Below are positions 10,701 to 18,086 of a DNA stretch of 64,000 bases, piece by piece. The stretch is from positions 519,989 through 583,988 of the forward strand of contig OZ250159.1 of the NCBI GenBank assembly GCA_965237785.1, written 5' to 3'. This DNA comes from Candidatus Rariloculaceae bacterium. Lineage in GTDB: Bacteria > Pseudomonadota > Gammaproteobacteria > Steroidobacterales > Rariloculaceae. The translations under genes and the position numbers were made by a program. Every line of letters begins with the position of its first letter. The stretch's first letter is position 1. The notes under the pieces are model-generated. The model saw nothing but the letters and a program-made list of their open reading frames with translations. It ran no database searches and had not been told where the DNA came from.

Positions 10701-13700
10701 CCACGCGCAACTCGGCGGTGGCCTCGCCCGTCTCGAACGCCACGCTCGCGGGCGGCGTGCCGTCGATGTAGTCGCCCTGCTGGGTCACCGACACGGTCAC
10801 CGTCAGCGCTTCCGCCGTCTCACCCGTCCGGCTCACGACGAACACGGCCTTGTCGTCCGTGCCCTCGGTCACCGTCTCGCCGCCGCTCCTCGGCGCGATG
10901 GACACCGCCGGATCCGTGCCGACGATCAGCGGATTCGACCGTACCCCCAAGGCGTCGGAATTGCGCGCCCGTATCGTGACTTCGTAAGTCGTCGCCGGCG
11001 TCAGTTCCATGATCGTCGCGCTCATCGTAGACGCCGCCAAGATCTTCGTTTGCGGTGACGAAGAACTATCGTCCACCCGATACCTCAGTCTGTATTCGGT
11101 TACCTCCGGCAACCCCGACGAGCCCCGCGGCGGATTCCACGAGAACTTCAGCGTCATCCGGGTCCTTTCGTCCAGCGTGAAGGAATCCGGCGCACGCAAC
11201 ACCTCGCGCACATTGGTTACATTGACCGTCAGCGTCAGGTCCGCGCGGTCGGTTCCATCCGACGCCCGTACATCGACGACATAATCGTTGTTGGCGTTCG
11301 CATCCGCCGGCTCCTCGAAATTCGGACTCGTCACGAACGTCAATTCGCCATCGCCGGTGAGATTGAATGCGGCGGCGTCGGCGCCGCCGGTAATCGACCA
11401 TTGGATCGGGTCGCTGTCCGCGTCGGCGGCGGTCAGCGTTGCAACCTCCGTCAAGTTTTCCCGGTGCTCGATGGGCGATGTCGTCGTGATCACGGGCCCG
11501 GCGTTGGGATTGTCGTTCACGGTCACCGTCGCGGCCGTCCCTCCGGGCTCCACCGCGTAGCCGGCGCCGTCCGTCAGGGTCACCGTGATCGACCCGTCGG
11601 CCTCGTCCTTATCGTCGTCGTCGATCGCCACACCCAGCTCGGCGCTGGCCGCATTGGCGGCGATCGTCACGCTGGTGGGCGGCGTGCCGTCGATGTACTC
11701 GCCTTGCTGGGTCACCGACAGGAGGTTCACCGTCAGCGCTCCCGTCGTCGCACCCGTCCGGCTCACGACGAATACGGCCGCGCTGTCCGTGCCCTCGGTC
11801 ACGGCCTCTCCGCCGCTCCTCGGTGCTATGGACACCGCCGGATCGGTCGGCACGGTCAGCGCGTCCGACCAGCCACCGTCCCCTTCGGCGTTGGTCGCGC
11901 GCACCTGGATGTCGTAGACCGTCGCCGGACTCAGGTTGCGGATCCTGGCGCGGTTCAGGGACTGGTCCTGCGGCCCTGCGCGGTAGGCCGCGCCGCTCGC
12001 CCGGTATTGCAGGTCGTAGCTCTCGATCGGGGGTTTGCCGAGGTTGTCGGGATCGACCCAACTCACCGTCAGGCTCGTTCGGTCCCGCGCATCCAGCACC
12101 GGCGCGGCCGGTTTCCCCGGCGGCTCGTCCACGTCGGTCACGTTCACCGTCAGCGCGCGAGCCACCCTTTCCCGTCCGTCGGTGACCTCGATCGAAACGG
12201 AATAGCCCGTCTTGCCCTCGAAATCGAGCGCGCCTTTCGTCTTCAACTGCGCGCTCGACGAATCGATGGCGAAATGATCCTTGTCCGTCCCCGCGAGCGA
12301 GTAGGCCAGGGTGGTGCCGGCATCCGGGTCCGTCGCGGTGAACGGCGACCCGATGTCCGTGTCCGCCGCGGTGTTCTCGGCCACCCCGACGCTCCCCGGC
12401 AGCCCCGTGTCGAACACCGGCGGGTCGTTCGGCGTGTCCTCGTCGTTCACGGTCACCGTCGCCGTGTTCGCCCCGGGGTCCACCGTGTAGCCGGCGCCGC
12501 CGACGAGCGTCACCGTGACCGAACCGTCGGCCTCGTCCCGCAGATCGTCCTGGATCTCCACCGCCAGCTCCGCGGCCGCGGCGTCGGCGTCGAACGTCAC
12601 GCTCGTGGGCGCGGCGCCGTCGATGTAGTCGCCTTGCTGCGTCACCGACACGGCCACCGTCAACGCCCCGGCGGCCGCGCCGGTGCGGCTCAGGGTGAAC
12701 GCCGCCGCCGCGTTCGGCCCCTCCGTCACCGTCGCGCTCGCGGCCTCGATCGACACCACCGGATCGGTCGCCGCCGTCAGCGCGTCCGACCAGTCGCCCT
12801 TGCCTTCATCGCTGGACGCGCGCACCCGCACTTCATATCCTGTCGCCGGCGCAAGCGGCGTGATCTCCGCGCGCGTCCCGGACACGCCCTGCGGACCCGC
12901 GGTGAACTCGCCCTCGCTGCCGGCGGCACGGTACTGCAGGTCGTAGCTCTCGATATCGGGCTTGCCCTCGTTCGACGGCGCTTTCCACTCCACCGTCAGG
13001 CTCGTCCGCGCGCGCGAGTGCAGCGTCGGCGCCGCCGGCTTCCCCGGCGGCTCGTCCACGTCCGTCACGCCGACCGAAACCTCGTGCGTGTCGGAGCCGG
13101 TTCCGTCCGAAACGGTGACGGTGACGGAGTAGCTGCTCGTCGCCTCGTGGTCCAGCGCCGCCTTCGTCTTCAACTGGCCGGTCCCGGAATCGACCGCGAA
13201 GCTCGCCTTGTCCGTCCCGTCAAGCGTCCAGGTCAGCATATCGTTGTCGTTGTCGGTGGCCGTGAACGGCGACCCGATGTCGGTGTCCGCCGCGGTGTTC
13301 TCGGCCACCTCGACGCGCGTCGGCAGTCCCGCGTCGAACGCCGGCGCGGCGTAGACCGGTACCGTGACGGACGCGCCCTGCGTCAACGGATGCAAGGCAA
13401 CACTGCAGATACGCTCGGTCTCGTCCAACGCGCAGCGCAACTGCGGCGGCTCCTCGGCGTTGACGCTGACGGTCACCTCCGTTGCGCCCGAGTCCGGCCG
13501 AATCGTCAGGTTCCAGGCGCGGCCCCCCCGGCCCAGGCCCTCCCGCACGAGGCGTTCATAGGTTCCGCCCTGAACGACGACCTGGCTCGTGTGCTCGTGA
13601 TGCAGCCCCTCGAAACGCAGAAGCTCCGCGCTGAACACGGCCGTTACCACGAATTCCTCACCGGACCGGAAATGCGCCGGCGAATCCTCCAATTCGACGG

Positions 13701-16284
13701 TGTACTCGGACAGCGTCGTCACGTCGGCGGACCTCGCGGCGCTCTGATACTGTCCGACCGTGGCGCGGATTTCGAAGGTGTAGGCCGTCTCCTTGGCGAG
13801 CCCCGAAATCAGGAAGCTCGAATGGTTCGCTCCGTCCAGGTTGCTGTCGGCAATTTGCTGCCAATCGGGCGGGCTCCCCGTGCTCCAGTACCGGTAGTCG
13901 TAGGCGTGCGGGAACGGGTTCACGGTCGGGTCCCAGCTCAATCGCACCGCCTTGGGCCCCGGAGTGGCCTCGAAATCGTCCGGCGCCAGCAATCCCACAT
14001 CGTCTTCCTCGATTTCAAGCTCCACGTTGCTCGTCTCCGAATCCACCGTGACGTGCCCTTCGGAGGGCGTTTCCGCGGCGATCGCGATGCGCCTGTTCCC
14101 GGTGGCTTCAACGTTGTCGAGCGCGCTCAGCGCGATCGCGTTCGAATCCCGCGAGCCGGCCCGAATCGTGAGCCGCGTCCCGGAGGCTTCGATGTCGCCC
14201 GCCTCGTCGGTGATTTCAACGTCGACGTACACGTCCACGTCGCTCGTTTCGTTCGCCGTAGAAGCTTCTCCCCAGCTTCTGGGCTTGTGAAGCCTGGCGG
14301 TCAGGTTCGCGACGCCGCCGTCTTCGGAGATCGACGCGGTGTCCAGGGCCAGGCGGACCTCCCTCCGCGCCCTGACGATGCCCGTGACGTCCTCGCTGAG
14401 GGGCCGCAGGTCGGCACTGCATATTTTCCGTATCGGGGCGGTGTCGGCTTCGGCCGCCGTGCACTTCACCTTGGCTCCGTCCGGCGCCTTCAGGGTGATC
14501 TCGACCGACGTGGTGTTGGCCCTGGCCCGGAGCTCCATGAAGAAGCTGTCCAGGCTGCGTCCGTCATCGCGGCCAATGAAGACGGCGCCGTCGACCTCGA
14601 ACAGGTCGTTGCGAGGGGCCAATACCCTGTTGCTGCGCAATTCGCTGCTGAACGCCCCCTTCACAGTGAAATACTGACTCGTTGTTGAGGACAAGAGACT
14701 GTCCCTGAACGCCGGCAGGTCGGTGAACCGCGCGGTGAACGGCTCGAACGTGGTCGCGCCCGCCTCGACCTCGGGGCCGGTACTGTTGCCCCTTTTGTAT
14801 CTCAGCTTGAACGCGTATTCGGTACTCGAGGCGAGGTTCGGGACCTCGTACTGCCTGCCATTGCTCTGGGTCGGCCTGCTTGCGGGAATTTCCGTCCAGT
14901 TGCCGAACGATCCGCCGTTCGCCGAGAGCCGGTACTCGACGACCGAACTGCCGTGGCGATCCGCGAATACCCAGGACAGCACCGCGCTGTTGTGCGTCGG
15001 GTCGGCCGCGGCACGGTTCGGAGCGGGTGCCGCCTCGTCTTCCACGATTGCGACCATGCTGGAGAGAATGTCCACCTCCGCGGTCGAGGTCCCTGACAGG
15101 GTCACGCCTCGGTCGCCGGTGTAGGTGTCGTCGTTCACCGCGGCGAGGGTGACCGTGCCGGTACTCGCGGTGGCGCCGGCCGCGAACGAGAGCGTGGTGT
15201 TGGAACTCAGCGTGTAGTCCGATACCGTGGCGGCGGTGCCGGCGGTGGGCGTCGCCGCCACGTCGACGGTGAACGCCGCCTCGGGCGCGGGCGCGACGCT
15301 GCCCCGGATCGTCGACTGGCCGCCGTTCTCGCCGATCGAGCCGGGGCTTGCAGTCAGGGTGACAGTCGTCGCGTCCGAAATCCGCGTCGCGAAGATCTTC
15401 ATCCTGAAACTGTTTTGGTCCCTGCTCCAAAATCGATTCGTCGGGCGATCCTTGCGGAGATGCTCGCCGTCGACCTGCCATCCTTCCAGCGAGCTGTAGG
15501 TGTCGCTTGCCGTGCCCACCAGGTCGATGTGCTTTACGTTGTTTTCCCTTGAGGGGTTGACCTGCGCCTGGTGCACGTCGATGGCGTACCAGGTATTGGG
15601 CGGGAGCGTCTTTTGCGCCTCGGTGGCGGCCGAGCTCGGCACGAAGTCCTGCGCCTCTTGAGCGGAGGAAGGCGTCGGAATCGCGAATGCGAATAGCTCG
15701 CTCGTATTGCTGTGCGGGTCCCTGGTGGTGGTGCGGTTGTGGACGCTTCTCAACCTCACTCGAAGTTCGGGCCTGCCGCCCGCGACATGGTCCGACGACG
15801 TGAAGTCGTTCATGTACAGCACGAGCTTGGTCAACAGGTAACCGTCCGGGTTGCTCCCCGTGCGAAAGGCCTGGTTCCTGCGAACGGGTCCGTCTCTTCG
15901 GTTAAAAATCGAATCCCACTCGGAACCGATCTTCAGTTCGACGTCGGTGCCCTGAGTATCGTTGCCGAGAAATTCGACGGCCTGGCCGTGAACGGTCGCC
16001 GGACCGAACGCGGCGCCCAGCAGCAGGGCGATGCCCGCACCGGCGCGCAGCGCGGCGGCCGGCAGGCCACCACGCCGGGAGGAAGACGCGGGCGGGCGCA
16101 GGCATTGCCTCACCGACGGGAGGGCCGGGAGGAAACGGAGGAAGGAGGGCAGGCGCGCTCCGGCACGCCGCGGCGCGCTCGCACCGGTCACGTCCGGGTT
16201 TGACTCCGGCTCCTGTCCCGCCCGCGGTTTCTTCCCGGTCCTGACGCCGTTGCCTTCTTCCGGTCGGCTCCGCGACCCCTGCAT
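7702..16284 (-). CDS. Giant secreted multidomain adhesin, N-terminal 2860 codons (FN3-like, cadherin-like, Calx-beta-like and Bap/He_PIG-type Ig-like modules)
   Basis: ORF 7702..16743. The first ATG is at 16284 (MQGSRSRP). An alternative GTG at 16113 lies just upstream of a signal-like hydrophobic stretch (AGAGIALLLGAAFGPATVHG/QAV). Cadherin-like motifs: VAENTAADTDIGSPFTATD...VTDVDEPPGKP. Calx-beta-like motifs: VSRTGxxxGALTVxVSVTQQGDYIDG...DDxxDEADGS. FN3-like: LTVxWxxPxNxGKPxIESYDLQYR. The stop at 7702 follows a frameshifted tail (TPPGLHGPEFADG). Confidence 0.85.
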   Translation of the reverse strand: MQGSRSRPEEGNGVRTGKKPRAGQEPESNPDVTGASAPRRAGARLPSFLRFLPALPSVRQCLRPPASSSRRGGLPAAALRAGAGIALLLGAAFGPATVHGQAVEFLGNDTQGTDVELKIGSEWDSIFNRRDGPVRRNQAFRTGSNPDGYLLTKLVLYMNDFTSSDHVAGGRPELRVRLRSVHNRTTTRDPHSNTSELFAFAIPTPSSAQEAQDFVPSSAATEAQKTLPPNTWYAIDVHQAQVNPSRENNVKHIDLVGTASDTYSSLEGWQVDGEHLRKDRPTNRFWSRDQNSFRMKIFATRISDATTVTLTASPGSIGENGGQSTIRGSVAPAPEAAFTVDVAATPTAGTAATVSDYTLSSNTTLSFAAGATASTGTVTLAAVNDDTYTGDRGVTLSGTSTAEVDILSSMVAIVEDEAAPAPNRAAADPTHNSAVLSWVFADRHGSSVVEYRLSANGGSFGNWTEIPASRPTQSNGRQYEVPNLASSTEYAFKLRYKRGNSTGPEVEAGATTFEPFTARFTDLPAFRDSLLSSTTSQYFTVKGAFSSELRSNRVLAPRNDLFEVDGAVFIGRDDGRSLDSFFMELRARANTTSVEITLKAPDGAKVKCTAAEADTAPIRKICSADLRPLSEDVTGIVRARREVRLALDTASISEDGGVANLTARLHKPRSWGEASTANETSDVDVYVDVEITDEAGDIEASGTRLTIRAGSRDSNAIALSALDNVEATGNRRIAIAAETPSEGHVTVDSETSNVELEIEEDDVGLLAPDDFEATPGPKAVRLSWDPTVNPFPHAYDYRYWSTGSPPDWQQIADSNLDGANHSSFLISGLAKETAYTFEIRATVGQYQSAARSADVTTLSEYTVELEDSPAHFRSGEEFVVTAVFSAELLRFEGLHHEHTSQVVVQGGTYERLVREGLGRGGRAWNLTIRPDSGATEVTVSVNAEEPPQLRCALDETERICSVALHPLTQGASVTVPVYAAPAFDAGLPTRVEVAENTAADTDIGSPFTATDNDNDMLTWTLDGTDKASFAVDSGTGQLKTKAALDHEATSSYSVTVTVSDGTGSDTHEVSVGVTDVDEPPGKPAAPTLHSRARTSLTVEWKAPSNEGKPDIESYDLQYRAAGSEGEFTAGPQGVSGTRAEITPLAPATGYEVRVRASSDEGKGDWSDALTAATDPVVSIEAASATVTEGPNAAAAFTLSRTGAAAGALTVAVSVTQQGDYIDGAAPTSVTFDADAAAAELAVEIQDDLRDEADGSVTVTLVGGAGYTVDPGANTATVTVNDEDTPNDPPVFDTGLPGSVGVAENTAADTDIGSPFTATDPDAGTTLAYSLAGTDKDHFAIDSSSAQLKTKGALDFEGKTGYSVSIEVTDGRERVARALTVNVTDVDEPPGKPAAPVLDARDRTSLTVSWVDPDNLGKPPIESYDLQYRASGAAYRAGPQDQSLNRARIRNLSPATVYDIQVRATNAEGDGGWSDALTVPTDPAVSIAPRSGGEAVTEGTDSAAVFVVSRTGATTGALTVNLLSVTQQGEYIDGTPPTSVTIAANAASAELGVAIDDDDKDEADGSITVTLTDGAGYAVEPGGTAATVTVNDNPNAGPVITTTSPIEHRENLTEVATLTAADADSDPIQWSITGGADAAAFNLTGDGELTFVTSPNFEEPADANANNDYVVDVRASDGTDRADLTLTVNVTNVREVLRAPDSFTLDERTRMTLKFSWNPPRGSSGLPEVTEYRLRYRVDDSSSSPQTKILAASTMSATIMELTPATTYEVTIRARNSDALGVRSNPLIVGTDPAVSIAPRSGGETVTEGTDDKAVFVVSRTGETAEALTVTVSVTQQGDYIDGTPPASVAFETGEATAELRVAIDDDDVDEADGSITATVQAGTAYSLDGSTTEATVTVNDEDELALNVNAIAGDDTINIAERSAGFAISGDTGSEGGVTVTVGIGGATLTATSADDAGTAAWSVSVPADAAYITGTSVAVSVSAAKTGVASPSDVTRTLTVDLVAPQAPTYTAPESLQVGVPIAAMNPSGGAGIAAYAAPGLPSGLSIHATTGAIDGTPGTANASTALARVTATDTAGNPATVDIAFPAVDKGDQTLAGFQYSTASVEYGAAAPTVTEPTGERTTLSYSATPATVCTVVAATGALVLVGAGQCVVTVTAAGTADYNEATDTFTVAVQPTGTLVLNVNAIATDDTINIAEKASGFAISGDTGSEGGVDVTVTVGGTDLTAASADANPATWSVSVPGNASYIAGTSVAVAVNASKTGYSSPSAEQRTLTVDLVAPTPPAYTAPGSLTVGVPIAAMNPSGGAGIDEYAAPGLPSGLGIDTATGAIGGTPDTADADTAEVTVTVSDSAGNADTVDIAFPAVDKGDQTLAGFQYSSASVEYGAAAPTVTEPTGERTTLSYSATPAMVCTVVAATGALTLVGAGDCVVTVTAAGTDDYNEASDTFTVTVQAIDQLALNVNAIAGDNTINIAEKASGFAISGDTGSEGGVDVTVTVGGTDLTTASADANPATWSVSVPGNASYIAGTSVAVAVNASKTGYSPPSAEQRTLTVDLVAPTPPAYTAPGSLTVGVPIAAMNPSGGAGIDEYAAPGLPSGLGIDTATGAIGGTPDTADADTAEVTVTVSDSAGNADTVDIAFPAVGKGDQTLAGFQYSSASVEYGAAAPTVTEPTGERTTLSYSATPAMVCTVVAATGALTLVGAGDCVVTVTAAGTDDYNEASDTFTVTVQAIDQLALNVNAIAGDNTINIAEKASGFAISGDTGSEGGVDGDGDGGRHGSDDRVTPTANPATWSVSVPGNASYIAGTSVAVAVNASKTGYTPPGAERRTLTVDLVAPTPPGLHGPEFADGDVNACRSRR

Positions 16285-16471
16285 CGCGGGCGCCCATTCC
16301 GACGCCTCCGCGCCACTGCATAACGCGGCTGTCCGCTTCGTTCCCACCACAAGCCCCGTCTCCGTCTGTCCCTTGGCCGAAGGCGCCTCGCGCACGCGGC
16401 CCTGACACCGCTCCTTGCCCGTCGCGAACACGCCTATTGGCGTGCCGCAGCGCCGTTTTTTGCACGCGCTA

Positions 16472-16500
16472 ACTGTATTTATCGCAAGCAAAAAATGCAA
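16472..16500 (-). promoter_or_regulatory. Candidate sigma70-type promoter of the adhesin gene (TTGCAT - 17 nt - TACAGT on the minus strand)
   Basis: The -35 is the reverse complement of atgcaa at 16495-16500. The -10 is the reverse complement of actgta at 16472-16477, with a 17-nt spacer. It sits in the only AT-rich island (about 16460-16600) upstream of the 16284 ATG. Sequence match only. Confidence 0.3.
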
Positions 16501-16815
16501 TCGGCGGGCGATTCCTCTGTTCCACCGACCCATCAAACGGGGCCGCGGCCGCGACCGCTTCATCACATAAGCAATTGAATTAATTAAGGAGTTTTTCCGG
16601 AACTGCGGCGTTTCCGTCCTCGGCCGTGGGCCCCGCCCACGGCAACCTGCGCGACGTTGCGGAAAAATCTCCGACGCTTTTGCTCGCGATAGCTGAATCC
16701 GAAGCGCCCCCGCTTGGCCGCAAAACCAACGGCGCCGCTCCATCCGCCGGCCTTTTTCGGCCGCGCCGAAAGGCCCTTTCCGACAGGGCGAAGCCCCCCC
16801 GTTGCCGCTCCCGGA

Positions 16816-17880
16816 TCATTTCCGGTCCTGTAGCCGGGCTAGCTGCGCGGCGCCGCTTCTGCTCGCCAGCAACCGCTCCGCGTAGCGCTGCACCATGACC
16901 GTGCTCTTCCAGCGCCCGGCCTGAAGGATCGCCGGCATCTCGATGCCGAGCGCAATCATGTCCTGGGCCGCGCCGACGCGGGGGCTGTGACCGGACAACC
17001 CGTCCACCACCTCGTCGGGAAGGCCCGCCCGGCGCGCCATGGCCTTGTAGATCCGGGGTATCTGGCTCGCGTCCAGTTGCGTGCCCAACGAGCCGTTCTT
17101 GCGAACCGACCGGAACAGCCGCCCCCCGGCGACGCCGCTGCGCCGGAGCCATTCCTCGACGAGCCTGACGCTGTCCGGGGCGAGGAAGAGCATCGCGCCC
17201 GCGCCTTCGGCGTCGGTCTTGCCGCGGCGCACGAGCACGCTCGCCGAACCGTCCAATTCCATCAGAATATCAGACACTTGCAACGACACCAGTTCCGAGC
17301 GGCGCAGCAGCGTGTCGTACGCGACGGCGACCAGAGCGCGGTTCCTCGCGTCGATCGGGCGGTCCCCGCGGGCCGCCACCAATCGCTGGCGCAGCACCCA
17401 GGTCAGCCCCCGGACCTGGGCCTGGCGGCGGCCGTACTTGCGGTGCATCCGCTGCAGCGCGAGTTTCGCCACGACGCTTTCCGACGGGTTGTCGAGCTCC
17501 ACCGCCTTGTGGAGCGTGGCGATGCTCGAGACGTACCGGCGCACCGTGGCCGGCGCCCTTTTTCCCGCCGCGGCGTCGATGAACGCGCCGACCGTGGCCG
17601 CCTGCGCGGGCAGCGCGGGCACGCCATGGCGTTCGCACCAGTCCGAGAAGATCTCCACGTCCGCCCGGATCGCCCGTTCGGTGTTGCCGCTGAACGCCCC
17701 GCGGGCGGCGCTGAGGTAGCTCCAGAGCCGCTCGCCGAGCGCCGCCGAAGCGTCAGCGGCGCCGGTTCCCTCGACTCCGTTTTCCGGCGCGGCGGCGTCT
17801 GGATTTTCCTTCCCGATAAATACAGTTATCGGGAGCCGACCGGTGCCGGAAAGGTGCGGTCCTTGCTGCCTGGAATCCAT
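16816..17880 (-). CDS. Cre-like tyrosine site-specific recombinase (copy 1)
   Basis: 354 aa. The C-terminal catalytic region LSGHSPRVGAAQDMIALGIEMPAILQAGRWKSTVMVQRYAERL closely parallels the Cre region GHSARVGAARDMARAGVSIPEIMQAGGWTNVNIVMNY (H-x-x-R, W, Y). The upstream Arg box is AYDTLLRRSEL. Confidence 0.9.
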   Translation of the reverse strand: MDSRQQGPHLSGTGRLPITVFIGKENPDAAAPENGVEGTGAADASAALGERLWSYLSAARGAFSGNTERAIRADVEIFSDWCERHGVPALPAQAATVGAFIDAAAGKRAPATVRRYVSSIATLHKAVELDNPSESVVAKLALQRMHRKYGRRQAQVRGLTWVLRQRLVAARGDRPIDARNRALVAVAYDTLLRRSELVSLQVSDILMELDGSASVLVRRGKTDAEGAGAMLFLAPDSVRLVEEWLRRSGVAGGRLFRSVRKNGSLGTQLDASQIPRIYKAMARRAGLPDEVVDGLSGHSPRVGAAQDMIALGIEMPAILQAGRWKSTVMVQRYAERLLASRSGAAQLARLQDRK

Positions 17881-18086
17881 CGTAGATTACTGTTTTCCCA
17901 TGTTTTTTTGGACACGCAAACGCCCCGCGAGTTCCCCGTCGCGGTTGAAACCGCGCCCACGCCGCCCGACGGCGGCGCCGGTTCCGTTCTGAGCCGCCCG
18001 CGCGCCACGCCCGGCCTGCGCCGCGCCCGGCGCTGCCGACCCGCATTCGCCGGCGCGCCCGCGCCCCGCGCGCGCTCGCAACAGCC

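Noticed and set aside
16030-16113. Twin-arginine (Tat) signal in the adhesin N-terminus (SSSRRGGLPAAAL)
   Set aside because: The motif lacks the consensus F-L-K context, and Tat export of a repeat protein of more than 2800 aa is implausible. It is more likely an ordinary or extended Sec/T1SS-independent signal with an uncertain start codon.
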